Below are positions 19,421-30,000 of a stretch of 43,527 bases of DNA, piece after piece (within the stretch, counting starts at the first letter, position 1; the number at the start of each line of letters is the position of its first letter). Location of the stretch: contig QWQJ01000035.1 in the NCBI GenBank assembly GCA_003670865.1, forward strand, positions 1 through 43,527, in the 5' to 3' direction. The DNA comes from Planctomycetota bacterium. GTDB lineage: Bacteria; Planctomycetota; Planctomycetia; Pirellulales; UBA1268. A program made the position numbers and the translations under genes. Below the pieces are notes generated by a model. It saw only the letters and a list, made by a program, of their open reading frames with translations. It ran no database searches and was not told where the DNA came from.

Positions 19421-21004
19421 ATGAATACGAATACCGCGGTACCCTCTCCATTGGTCGTCCAGATCGAGAAGCTCCTCAAAGTTGCCATCGATAACAACGC
19501 CAGCGAATTGCGACTCTCGGGGGGCGCCGCCCCGATGCTTCGCATTGATGACAAACTACGGCCGTTAAAAATCAATAAGGCGATCTCGGCAGAGGAAGTG
19601 CAGGCCATGGTGGCAGCGCTGTTACCACCGGGGGCCGACGATGCCGATTTTTTCTTTGCCACGTCGCTTGGCCGCTATCGGGGTCTTCTTCGTGACGTTT
19701 CTGGCACGCAGGTGCTTGTGTTCCAGCCTGCCCCTGAACCGCCGCCAGACAAACTTCTCGGCGACACATTCACTGAGACTGACGCCCCGCTTGAACTCGA
19801 CATTCAAGCCGATGATTCGGCTGACGATCAAGCTGACAAAAGCACAGGCAAGGGATCGGCCTTCGCCATGCCGGCAGTCGCAAGTGGCACGATTCAGATC
19901 GATAAACTCCTGAACGCGGCCGTGAAAAATGGCGTCAGTGACATTCACATCACAGTGGGTTTGCCTCCTGTTTTCCGCATCGACGGCCACATGAAGTCGC
20001 AGCCAACAAAGGTGCTAACCGCCGACGACACCAACGGCCTGATGAAGGCGATCACTCCCGAGCGTTGCCAAGCAGAACTCGCCGAAGTGGGCGGTTGCGA
20101 CTTCGGCTTCGCATTTGGCGATATGGCCCGTTTCCGCGTCAGTGTGTTCAAGCAGCGAGGTAATATTGCAATGGTGCTGCGGCAGATTCCCAACAAAATG
20201 CTCACGCCGGAACAACTCGGCGTGCCCGCCGTCTGCAAAAAACTAGCCACGCGACCGCGGGGACTTTTTCTCGTCACTGGCCCGACCGGTTCCGGCAAGA
20301 GTACAACGCTTGCCAGTCTGATCAATTACATCAACGAAAACTATGACCACCATATCATCACAATCGAAGACCCAATCGAGTTTTATCACCAGTCAAAAAA
20401 GAGTACGGTCAACCAACGCGAAATCGGCAATGATGTGCCCAGCTTTTCCGAAGCCCTGCGCCGTGCGTTGCGGCAGGACCCCGATGTGATCTTGGTGGGT
20501 GAGTTGCGGGATCTGGAAACAATCGAGGCGGCGATTTCTGCGGCTGAAACGGGCCACGTTGTTTTTGGCACGCTGCACACAACGGGAGCCCAAGGCACGG
20601 TCAACCGCATCATCGATGCCTTTCCCACGAATCAGCAAGAACAGGTGCGCACGCAACTCTCGACGGCCATCATCGGAGTGGTCTCGCAGGCCCTGCTGCC
20701 GAAGATCGGCGGCGGACGAGTGGCGGCCTATGAGATTCTTGTCTGCACGCCGGCCATCGGTAATCTGATACGCGAAAATAAAACGTTTCGCATCAACTCT
20801 GCGATTCAAACCGGCACCAAACTCGGCATGCAGCTTCTCGACGATAGCCTCTTCAAGCTTTGGAGCGAGAAGAAGGTGACGGAGGAAGATGTGCTCGCCA
20901 AATCGCAAAACCCCGACGAACTCGCCAAACGCATCGCCAACGCTAAACGCGGCATTTTTGAAGACGAAGAAGATGTGTCCCGTAAAGCCAAGGAGATGGG
21001 TTAG
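19421..21004 (+). CDS. pilT: PilT-family retraction ATPase with an extra N-terminal domain
   Basis: GPTGSGKSTTL, DPDVILVGELRD, TGHVVFGTLHT, and PAIGNLIRE (AIRNLIRE-type PilT motif). 527 aa from the ATG at 19421; the upstream part of the track ORF is low-complexity and not pilT-like. Confidence 0.9.
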   Translation: MNTNTAVPSPLVVQIEKLLKVAIDNNASELRLSGGAAPMLRIDDKLRPLKINKAISAEEVQAMVAALLPPGADDADFFFATSLGRYRGLLRDVSGTQVLVFQPAPEPPPDKLLGDTFTETDAPLELDIQADDSADDQADKSTGKGSAFAMPAVASGTIQIDKLLNAAVKNGVSDIHITVGLPPVFRIDGHMKSQPTKVLTADDTNGLMKAITPERCQAELAEVGGCDFGFAFGDMARFRVSVFKQRGNIAMVLRQIPNKMLTPEQLGVPAVCKKLATRPRGLFLVTGPTGSGKSTTLASLINYINENYDHHIITIEDPIEFYHQSKKSTVNQREIGNDVPSFSEALRRALRQDPDVILVGELRDLETIEAAISAAETGHVVFGTLHTTGAQGTVNRIIDAFPTNQQEQVRTQLSTAIIGVVSQALLPKIGGGRVAAYEILVCTPAIGNLIRENKTFRINSAIQTGTKLGMQLLDDSLFKLWSEKKVTEEDVLAKSQNPDELAKRIANAKRGIFEDEEDVSRKAKEMG

Positions 21005-21100
21005 CAACTTTCTCAGTTACCGTTCACGCACACAGACCACAGGCAACGACACGCACTCACTTAATGGAACGCATGGGGCAGGGCTTCCTGTCAAAAGACA

Positions 21101-22819
21101 ATGGCAATGAAACGCCTCGGAAAAATCCTTATTGATCTAGGCCTCGTGGACGAGACTCAACTCGCCTCGATGCTTGAAGAACAGTCGAACCGGGGCGGCG
21201 AACTGCTTGGCAAGGTGGGTCTCTCGCTCGGTTTCTTTACAGACGAGCAACTCGGCGAAGCCTTGGCCGAACAATGGGGCACGACATTTGTCACGCTCTA
21301 CGATCGCCCGCCAGCGCCAGCCGTGCTCAAACTTATCAGCGAGCCGATGGCACAGCTCTACCGCATCATTCCCTTAGAGCTCGCAGGCAACCGGCTCACG
21401 GTAGCCTCGGCCGATCCTCAAAAGATTCAAATAGCGGATGAATTACGGACATTTCTGGGCTACGACATCCACATCTGCGTGGCCACCGAGCCAGAGATTC
21501 AAAAGGCTATCGAGAAGTCCTACTCCTCCCACAACGAGAGCGTTGAATCGATTGTTGACGATCTTCAATCCGACAATGTTTTGGCTGCTCAAGCCGCTGC
21601 TGTCGGCCGTGAGGGGCCGACCGATCTGACAAGCGTAGAGGCTCTTGCCGAAAGTGCCCCGGTGCGAAAACTCTTAAATATGGTCCTCTTGATGGCAATT
21701 CGTGACGGTGCCAGCGATATCCATTTTGAGCCTTTTGAACATGAATTCCGCATTCGCCTCAAGGCCGATGGCGTCTTACAGGAAATGGTGCCGCCGCCCA
21801 AGCACCTCGCTTTTGCGATCACGACCCGGATCAAGGTGATGGCAAATCTCGACATCGCCGAGCGGCGATTGCCGCAAGACGGTCGCATCGAATTGAATGT
21901 TGGAGGCCACCCGGTTGACCTCCGAGTCAGCGTGCTGCCCACCTTGTTTGGTGAGAGCGTTGTCATGCGGGTTCTGGATCGAGGGGTTGTGTCACTTGAT
22001 TTAGAAAAAGTGGGAATGGAGCAGCAGTTGCTCCGGCAGTTTCGCGAGGTGATCATTCGGCCCAACGGCATTGTGCTGGTGACAGGCCCCACGGGCTCTG
22101 GCAAGACGACCACGCTCTACTCAGCGCTTTCAGAACTCAATACGATCGACGACAAGTTGATTACGACTGAGGACCCGGTCGAGTACGACATCGACGGCAT
22201 CATACAGGTGCCGATTGATGCAGAAATTGGCAATACGTTTGCTGCCTGCCTGCGGGCCATTCTTCGTCAGGACCCCGATCGGATTCTGGTCGGCGAAATC
22301 CGTGATGTGGAAACGGCTGAGATCGCCGTGCAAGCTTCGCTCACGGGACACATGGTGTTTTCAACACTCCATACCAATGACGCCCCCTCCACAGTCACGC
22401 GTCTTCGCGATATGGGAGTGCCCCCCTTTCTGATCACGGCCACCGTTGAGGCAATCTTAGCTCAGCGACTCGTGCGGCGAATCTGCGTTGACTGCCGAGA
22501 GGAAATCGTACCTGGGGCCGATGTGCTTGCAGACCTCGACCTGACAACAGATCAGACATTCGGCAAGAAGTTTTATCGGGGCAAGGGCTGTCCAAAGTGT
22601 CACGCCACAGGCTACAGGGGTCGTTTGGGCCTCTTTGAATTACTCATTATGAATGACGAAATGCGAGACATGATCATGCGGAATGCCTCAACGGGCGATC
22701 TCCGCGAAGCGGCCCGCAAAAACGGCATGAAGACGCTGCGCGAAGCGGGCGTCGAGGGCATTTTCAGTGGTTTTACCTCCGCTGAAGAAGTCATACGAGA
22801 AACCATCCTTGAAGCTTAA
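21101..22819 (+). CDS. GspE/PilB/MshE-family assembly ATPase (copy 2) with an MshEN-type N-terminal domain
   Basis: GPTGSGKTTTL, DRILVGEIRD, TGHMVFSTLHTNDA, tetracysteine CVDC...GCPKC. N-terminal RLGKILIDLGLVDETQLASMLEEQ. Confidence 0.9.
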   Translation: MAMKRLGKILIDLGLVDETQLASMLEEQSNRGGELLGKVGLSLGFFTDEQLGEALAEQWGTTFVTLYDRPPAPAVLKLISEPMAQLYRIIPLELAGNRLTVASADPQKIQIADELRTFLGYDIHICVATEPEIQKAIEKSYSSHNESVESIVDDLQSDNVLAAQAAAVGREGPTDLTSVEALAESAPVRKLLNMVLLMAIRDGASDIHFEPFEHEFRIRLKADGVLQEMVPPPKHLAFAITTRIKVMANLDIAERRLPQDGRIELNVGGHPVDLRVSVLPTLFGESVVMRVLDRGVVSLDLEKVGMEQQLLRQFREVIIRPNGIVLVTGPTGSGKTTTLYSALSELNTIDDKLITTEDPVEYDIDGIIQVPIDAEIGNTFAACLRAILRQDPDRILVGEIRDVETAEIAVQASLTGHMVFSTLHTNDAPSTVTRLRDMGVPPFLITATVEAILAQRLVRRICVDCREEIVPGADVLADLDLTTDQTFGKKFYRGKGCPKCHATGYRGRLGLFELLIMNDEMRDMIMRNASTGDLREAARKNGMKTLREAGVEGIFSGFTSAEEVIRETILEA

Positions 22820-22854
22820 ACCAAAAGAGGACAGGCAAGAGACCTGCCAGAGCC

Positions 22855-24183
22855 ATGCCAACATTTCAATTTGAAGCCATCGACGCCGCCACAGGCAAGG
22901 AAATCCGCGACTCTGTCGACGCAGCCACCGAGGCAGAGGCTCAGGCCACGATCCGGTCGATGGGCTACATGGTGACAAAGCTCAAGGCCAAAAAAGCCCG
23001 CGCCGCTAACGCTCCCGGCGTAAAAAAGAAACCTGGCCGCACGTTCGTCATTGGTGGCGTTAAAAGTAAAGACCTCACACTCTTCACTCGCCAACTCTCA
23101 ATTCTGCAGGATGCCGGCCTACCAATCCTGCGGAGCTTAAAAGTGCTCGCAGACATGCAAAAACCCGGCCGCTTAAAAAACTCACTGCTCGACACCTGCG
23201 ATGAAATTGAAGGGGGCAGTACGCTGTCGGAAGCATTTTCCAAGAGCCCGAAGGCTTTTGACAGGCTTTACTGCAACATGATTCGTGCGGGCGAAGCTGG
23301 CGGTGCTTTAGAAGTGATTCTGCGGCGGCTGGCCGAATTTCAAGAGCGCAGTCAGTCGCTCAAGCGCAAGGTCAAGGGGGCGATGGTCTATCCGATTGTC
23401 GTCGTCAGCGTGGCCGTCGGTATTTTGACGTTCATCATGATGAAGGTTGTGCCCCAGTTTAAAAAGATATTTGACGATTTTGGCAGCACCTTGCCGCCCA
23501 TGACACAGATTCTGATCGATATTTCAAACTGGGTCGTGAATTACTGGTACCTGATTCCGGCGATCCCCTTTGGAATCAATTTGATCATCAAGGGAATCAA
23601 GATGATTCCCTACGGTCGATTTGGCTGGGACTTATTTATTTTAAAGGCACCGATCTTCGGACAACTCGTCGAAAAAAATATTATGTCGCGTGCTGCCCGC
23701 ACGCTCGGCACGCTCCTGGCCAGCGGCGTGCCTATTCTGGAAGCACTCAACATCACCAAGGAAACCTCTGGAAACATGATGTTTGAGAAACTCTTCACAA
23801 AGGTTTCCGAATCGATTCGAGACGGTAATGCGATCGCCAAGCCCTTGAAAGAGTTTGCCGTACCACCGTTCAATGCGGTGGCGGTCTTGTTCTGGACCGT
23901 GTTTTGCCCTGGCATTGGTTTGCTCATGTATCTGATGCGATACAAGCAGCCGGTTGTCGATGATTTGGTAGTCAACATGGTGGATGTCGGCGAAGAGTCG
24001 GGCGAACTCGACACGATGCTTTATAAAGTGGCCGACACGTACGACGAGGAAGTCGCCGTTCTGACTGAAAGTCTGACGAGCTTAATGGAACCGCTCTTGA
24101 TTATCTTCCTTGGTGGTGCCGTCGGTTTCATTGTCATTGCCCTCTTTATGCCACTCATCAAATTGATTCAGGATCTTTCATGA
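22855..24183 (+). CDS. PilC/GspF-family inner-membrane platform protein
   Basis: Two T2SSF repeats: LTLFTRQLSILQDAGLPILRSL...NMIRAGEAGG, and MSRAARTLGTLLASGVPILEAL...NMVDVGEESGELDTML. Hydrophobic TM segments are present. 442 aa. Confidence 0.9.
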   Translation: MPTFQFEAIDAATGKEIRDSVDAATEAEAQATIRSMGYMVTKLKAKKARAANAPGVKKKPGRTFVIGGVKSKDLTLFTRQLSILQDAGLPILRSLKVLADMQKPGRLKNSLLDTCDEIEGGSTLSEAFSKSPKAFDRLYCNMIRAGEAGGALEVILRRLAEFQERSQSLKRKVKGAMVYPIVVVSVAVGILTFIMMKVVPQFKKIFDDFGSTLPPMTQILIDISNWVVNYWYLIPAIPFGINLIIKGIKMIPYGRFGWDLFILKAPIFGQLVEKNIMSRAARTLGTLLASGVPILEALNITKETSGNMMFEKLFTKVSESIRDGNAIAKPLKEFAVPPFNAVAVLFWTVFCPGIGLLMYLMRYKQPVVDDLVVNMVDVGEESGELDTMLYKVADTYDEEVAVLTESLTSLMEPLLIIFLGGAVGFIVIALFMPLIKLIQDLS

Positions 24184-24193
24184 GAACCTATTT

Positions 24194-24997
24194 ATGAAGC
24201 GCCACGCGTTCACGCTTGTCGAACTCCTCGTCGCAATTTCCATCATCTCTTTACTGATGATGATGGTTGCTGCGGCAGCGTCAGCCGCACAGAGCAACCG
24301 TAAGGTTGCGGCCACGCGTGCAACGATTGCCAAGCTCGATTTAATCCTGACGTCGCAGCTCAGTACCTATAATTCCAAGGACGTGAGCGGTACAACCGCT
24401 GCCCGTGGTGCGGCCATTCGAAAAATGATTACGGCAGATCTGCCCGATCGGTGGACAGATGTGGCTTACATGGAGGCAAATGTGGGCCAATTCACAGCGG
24501 CACCGCAACGAGCCTTTATCGGCACGACTCCCGGTTCAAGTCAGTACGCCGGCGCCGAATGCCTGTTCATGATCATTATGCAGGGTGGTTTTGTGAATTG
24601 CCTTGACTGTGGGGAACTCAGGTCGATTGAAAAGGGTGATAAAGACAGCGATGGTGCCCAAGAGTTTTGGGACGCATGGGGAAACCCCATCGACTACATT
24701 CTCTGGCCGTATGCCGTTGAATTGCCACCGGGCAGTGGTGCCCGTTTTTTCTCTGGGAGCCGACAGCCCGATCTACCGGGTGTATCGTCGTCATCGCCAA
24801 TGCTTGGCCTGCGTCCACTCATCTATTCGCCAGGTGTGGATGGTGAATATGGCTTAGAGCGCAACGGCGAAGCGGCCAATTTGGGAGGCGACTGCGGCAA
24901 CTGGCAAATGTCGCCCACAAGTACTTCGGCAGGCCCAGAGAATTCCTCGAATGCCGCAGACAACATCAGTAATTTTGATCAGGAGGCCAAGCGATGA
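24194..24997 (+). CDS. GspG/PulG-like pseudopilin (prepilin-type N-terminal methylation domain)
   Basis: MKRHA|[16 protein letters not shown] class III signal. Motif-level matches to GspG: DAWGNPIDY (DPWGxxY), YSPGVDGEYG (SLGxDG) and ADNISNF (DDIxNW). 267 aa, larger than a typical GspG. Confidence 0.7.
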   Translation: MKRHAFTLVELLVAISIISLLMMMVAAAASAAQSNRKVAATRATIAKLDLILTSQLSTYNSKDVSGTTAARGAAIRKMITADLPDRWTDVAYMEANVGQFTAAPQRAFIGTTPGSSQYAGAECLFMIIMQGGFVNCLDCGELRSIEKGDKDSDGAQEFWDAWGNPIDYILWPYAVELPPGSGARFFSGSRQPDLPGVSSSSPMLGLRPLIYSPGVDGEYGLERNGEAANLGGDCGNWQMSPTSTSAGPENSSNAADNISNFDQEAKR

Positions 24998-25956
24998 ACT
25001 ACCCCCGGCCCCGTCTCGCATTCACAGTGGTAGAACTGTTGGTTGTAACGGTGATATTTTCAATCTTAATGAGCCTGCTTGTTGTCGGCGGCCAGCCGAG
25101 CGCCGGCGGTCAGATTCGGCGGCTTGCACAGTCGATCGTTTCAGCAATCCTGACAGCCCAGACATCCGCGTTAGGCAATGAGGCTGGAGCAGCGGTCATT
25201 TTTGAGCCATCCAGCACGACCTCAAATGCCTGTAACGCGTTATTTTTTGCCGATTCACAGCCCTATATCAAAGGCACAGTCGGCAGCGGCGTGCCCCCTT
25301 CAAGCCTGGCGTCAACCTCAACAACAGTAGCGCTCACCCCGACCAACGCCGACGCTGCAGATCTGGCCAACGGCTACAAGATTTTATTTCGCTGCGACGA
25401 GCCGTATCTGGCGGCCTCACCTTGGATGTCAATTTCCAGCGGCACGACTGTAGCGTTTCGCACCTCGGCTAATCAAACAGCACAAAACACAATATGGCCC
25501 AAAAAGCCAGCCACCGCACCCCTGCAGTTCCTCGTGGCCCGCTATCCCGTCAAGTCATCGCCGGCGATTGATGTGATCAAAACGGCAGCCATCGATCTCC
25601 GCTACAGCGGTATTGGAAATACGACGACTGGCGATTACGGAGCCCTTGCCAATAAGGGAGCCATCGCGATCACCTTTAATAGCGCGGGTGTGATCGACGC
25701 CGTCATGCAAAATGTGCTCGCCACAACAAAGTCCGTTCAGCCAGTTGTGCCAGCTGCTCCGCTCTATCTTCTGATCGCTAGCCTCAGCGATATTCAGTCG
25801 AACGAGTCGCTGCAGAAAGAGTACTCGCTGTGGTTGGTGCTGGCCCCAAACACTGGCCGGATTACCATTGCCAGCAATGTTACACAAAACGGTACGGCAG
25901 AAGTTGATGTTATCAATGCTCGTGCCAAGGCCCGTCAAAGTATTGCAGTCAAATGA
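24994..25956 (+). CDS. GspH/FimT-like minor pseudopilin
   Basis: RPRLA|FTVVELLVVTVIFSIL, then RRLAQSIVSAILTAQTSAL...AVIF (GspH-like helix/strand). The ATG overlaps the upstream stop (ATGA) and AGGAGG lies 7 nt upstream. Confidence 0.65.
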   Translation: MNYPRPRLAFTVVELLVVTVIFSILMSLLVVGGQPSAGGQIRRLAQSIVSAILTAQTSALGNEAGAAVIFEPSSTTSNACNALFFADSQPYIKGTVGSGVPPSSLASTSTTVALTPTNADAADLANGYKILFRCDEPYLAASPWMSISSGTTVAFRTSANQTAQNTIWPKKPATAPLQFLVARYPVKSSPAIDVIKTAAIDLRYSGIGNTTTGDYGALANKGAIAITFNSAGVIDAVMQNVLATTKSVQPVVPAAPLYLLIASLSDIQSNESLQKEYSLWLVLAPNTGRITIASNVTQNGTAEVDVINARAKARQSIAVK

Positions 25957-26990
25957 TTTTAAATCCTTTCCCATCAATAAAGACATATTCCATGCACGCC
26001 ACTTCTGTATGGGCTCCGCCTGCTTTGTGTCCAGCGAAGGCCTCAAGCGCCTTCAGGCTCACTCGCGCGAGTTTAGTGTGTTGTCGGACTCGGCAAGCGG
26101 GGCTTGTATCCACTATTCCGCGAGCAGTGCTGCGGCAGGGATTTTCTCTTCTGGAGGTGCTGGTGGCCTGTGGCATACTGGTCGTCGGTTTGGCCGGTAT
26201 TGCAGCGATCTTGCCGGCTGCAGGCTCAAGACTGTCCGAGGCGACCCTCTGCGATCGGGCTTCGGCGGCAGTTGGTGTGGCGATGTCTGATGTCGTCGTA
26301 CGAAATGTTGCCTCATCCAAGCTCTTTTTTACCAATCCAGTCGCTACAAACCCCCCGGTCGCCATTGGCAGCAATATAGCCGTTGTTTTGGGCGAGGTGT
26401 TGCCACAAATTACAACTCTTCCATCGCCTCCGACGGGACTGCAGCTAGGCAACTCACTCTTTCTGAGTGGGCTCTTTGATACGGGAACAGGTGACATGCG
26501 GCGAGGTTTTTTCCTGGAAGATGAGGTGCAATACGAATCGCCCCCACGAGATATTCCCACACGGCTGCCGGCCTCCCAAGGCGTGAAGCCGTTTAATCGC
26601 GGCGTCTGCTGGGGTGCGATGGTCTCGCCTCATCCATGGGGCACAAGTCCCGCCAGCATGACCAAGGCTCGCATTGCAATTGCCGTCTTTAAAAAGTCCG
26701 GAGCAATCAAGCAAATTCCTCTGACAAAGACCGATTCCAGCATCTACAAAATGACCGCCGCCGATGAATCTACGCGAAAAACTTTTTTAAAGGGCTGTTC
26801 GTGGGTGTTATCACTACCGGCCGCCGGGACCACAACGGCACCGCAATGGCTCGAAATTAATTCGTCGTGGCAGTCCGGCGCAAACGTATTCATTATTTTT
26901 CGGGAAAGCACGGTCGATAGCCCCACGCTCAGTGTGGTTGGTTTTGACGGTTTGCTGTCTGTGACAGAACAGATCATCGCTATTCAATAG
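25953..26990 (+). CDS. GspI/PilV-like minor pseudopilin (start uncertain)
   Basis: RQG|FSLLEVLVACGILVVGLAGIAAIL. ATG 25953 overlaps the upstream stop (ATGA) but would give a 63-aa leader. The in-frame GTG at 26127 would give a normal 5-aa leader (VLRQG). Confidence 0.6.
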   Translation: MILNPFPSIKTYSMHATSVWAPPALCPAKASSAFRLTRASLVCCRTRQAGLVSTIPRAVLRQGFSLLEVLVACGILVVGLAGIAAILPAAGSRLSEATLCDRASAAVGVAMSDVVVRNVASSKLFFTNPVATNPPVAIGSNIAVVLGEVLPQITTLPSPPTGLQLGNSLFLSGLFDTGTGDMRRGFFLEDEVQYESPPRDIPTRLPASQGVKPFNRGVCWGAMVSPHPWGTSPASMTKARIAIAVFKKSGAIKQIPLTKTDSSIYKMTAADESTRKTFLKGCSWVLSLPAAGTTTAPQWLEINSSWQSGANVFIIFRESTVDSPTLSVVGFDGLLSVTEQIIAIQ

Positions 26991-27000
26991 GGTCGCACGT

Positions 27001-30000
27001 ATGTGGGCAAGGCAGAGTGTGAGTATGAGAGGAGAAGATTTCGCTATGAAAAATTCACTGAGGCTACGGAGTCGGCATCGTTGTGACGTGAGTTGCAACC
27101 GTTGCTGCAGCGACGCCGACCGCAGCGGCATGCTGCTGTTGATTGTGCTCATGATGCTCTCGCTCTTCATGGTGACGGGAATTGCTATGCTCACTATGGC
27201 CACGCGAGCGCGGTCCGTGGCCCGCGCCAATCTAGTGGCTCGAAGTAAACTTTCCGGTACGGAGGAGATTGCTCGAACCGCCCTCGACGAAGCATTGCTG
27301 GCAGCCTTGCGAGGCACGAAGGTTGGTGCCAACGATCCAATCACAGAAAGCATCCTTGCCGATAAGTATGGCGATCCAATTATTGGAAAAGGATCGATCA
27401 AAGCACCAACGTCTGCCGTCCCGTCGACAACTCACTTCATGGCCTCACTCAGCGATCTTTTGCCAGCCCAAACAGCCCCCTCCCGTCTGAATGGCCGCGT
27501 CCTGACGTTCATTCCCGCTGGTGATGACGGAGACGTTGCCAGTTATAGAATCCTGTTGGCCGCAAAGAATCCGGCAGTAGCAACTGATATTATTTGTCTG
27601 CTGCGAAAAACGGCAGTGAGTCGAGCGCAGACGGCTCCTAAGCTACAATCGGACATTATTATCAACGGTCGCGAGTATACGCCGCTGGCTGCTGGTGCTG
27701 CTGGGGTAAGCCCTGAGGCGTACGACGCCTTTGATGACAGCAATAAGTGGCTGGCACAGTTAACAGTCGCCAAAGGTCAAGTGAGTGCCGTTCCGCGAAC
27801 TTCCTTTGGTGGCAACGCGGTTGTCGATAATGATGGCGACGGTATCGTGGACGGTGGCTGGCTGGCGAATGTCATCCCCGCTGCGACCTCGCCTTTGGGC
27901 GGTACGCTTACATTCCAAGTCTCCTATCACATCCTTGATCTCGACGGGCGTATCAACATCAACGCGCAAGGGCCCGCTGAACCGCCAAATCAAAATGACT
28001 ATGCCAACACGCCGCCGGTTCCCCTAGGCATGGGGTACGGTCCGGCCGATATGGATCTTTCCCAACTGTTGTCGTCTGGTCCCGCTTCAACGCTTATTGG
28101 TGGCGGACAGCCGTCGGTCAATTGCGCAGACCCGACTGCCGATCAGCGACGCAGTCCACCGGCCGTGGGTCCTGTAGAGGGTCGTTATGGCCCCAACGGA
28201 AAGCCCGGGGGCAGCGGTGACGACACTCCATCGTACGCGTCCATGATTGCCGGTAACTCATCGGGTGATCTCAAAGCCCGTGTGAAGGTCTTTATGACGG
28301 CGCCAGCTGCCAATCAGGTAACAGCAACGCTGACCATGTATCAGCCTGATTGGATAACGAATCTGGATCAGACAGACAATCCCTACCAGCTTCGATTAGA
28401 TGCTGGAGCCCCGCGATTTAGCACTCCACGGAGGCCGTTGCCTGACGATTCCTCAAAACAGGACGACAGTCCTTACACGCTTTCAGAACTCGAGCGTGTA
28501 TTGCGTTCATTTGATGCCGACGCTACGCAGTTACCACAGCGACTGGCTGCCATTTTAGAAATCCTCGGCGATCGAAACCGCACAATGATCACCACTGACA
28601 GTTGGGATACCCCTGCCTTAACGGGAGTCGCTGCTCGAAAAATAGAAGATTTTATTGCCACCCTGCCGGAAGAAAAGGTTTACGATAACACGACATTGCC
28701 TCCGGAATTAGTGACCGGCTTGCGATTTGATATTGGCAAACCTCTGATCACGACAGGAATTACCAGTCCTGGAGCCGTCAGCTCAACGACTTTTGCTAAA
28801 CAGCTGTATCAGGTATTAATCGCTCTGGGAGAAACAAATCATGCCAAAGCTGCTCAGTGGGCTGTCAATGTTGCCGATTTCCGCGACACGGATTCAAGAA
28901 TGACCCGCTTCCAGTACGACACAGATCTTTCAAATGGTTGGAGCGTGGGTACCGCCTCGCCAGGTGTGTTTGGCGTTGAAAGGCCTGAAATTATAATTAC
29001 GGAAACTGCTGCATGGCGAGATACTGAGACGAACCAAGCACAACTCTTCGTTAGCCTCCACCGCCCAGCCTGGAAGGCGGTGCTTACCGGATTGGCAGGA
29101 AAAACACCGACGCCAGCGGAGACCGAACTGATCGATCCCGTGCTGGAGACTGCAGGCGCGCTCGATTTGGCAAAAACCCATAATAATAACAACACCGGTA
29201 GTCCGATCTGGCAACTACGATTTGATACCAACAAAGTCGTTCGTTTTCAGAAAGACTCGCAAAATGTGAGTCCAGCAGGAGCAGTGACCACTACAAATCC
29301 AACGCCCTTGGTTGGCATGACATCCTCAACAGCCATTGCTACGACGCCTTCCACAAAATTGGCGGCCAACGGCTATCTTTGTGTTCATTCCCCGACTCCT
29401 ACAAAATATACGCTTGCCATGCCAGGATTTCCCGTCGATAAAGGAGGTTCTTTTCAGCTTCCCGTTAGTTCCGCAGTGGGAACCGTCTATTTAGAACGAC
29501 TGGCAAATCCGGCAAGTGCATGGAACGTGACGAGTAACCCATATATTGTTGTCGATTCAGCTACCGTTTCGATACCTAACACCGGGGCTCAGGAAGCACT
29601 CGCCAAGCAACGGCGAAAGGGACCGGCCGACACGGTCGCCGCTGCAGATATCGCCACTCGCCTGCAATCTTTTTGGCGTAGGGAGTGGGTAAGCGATGTA
29701 AGCACGACCCTTGGTGCCTACACAGCGGCCACTCCTGCCCAGCCAGCGTCATGGCTGCATTGGCCGAATCGCCCTTTTGTGAGTCAGGCCGAGTTGGCCT
29801 TAGTGTCTGCGAGCAGTCCAGAAAATTTCCTTAACAATTACACATTCCCGCCCGACTCGTTGGCTTCTGCTCAGAATAATCTGATTCTCGATGCCGTCTG
29901 TGTTCCCTCCCGCTTTTGCCAACATTCAACAACGCTCGTTGAGACAAGCTGGTCAACAACGCTGCAGAATCTCACATGGGCCTATCCAGAGTGCAAGGCC

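Noticed and set aside
20393-21007. 204-aa ORF antisense to pilT. Similar long antisense or out-of-frame ORFs occur at 989-1669, 26814-27401, 31311-31904, 34067-34633, 40692-41204 and 41306-42037.
   Set aside because: Each fully overlaps a gene with strong family motifs on the other strand or frame. Their translations are Arg/Gly/Ala-rich low-complexity sequences typical of GC-rich shadow frames.
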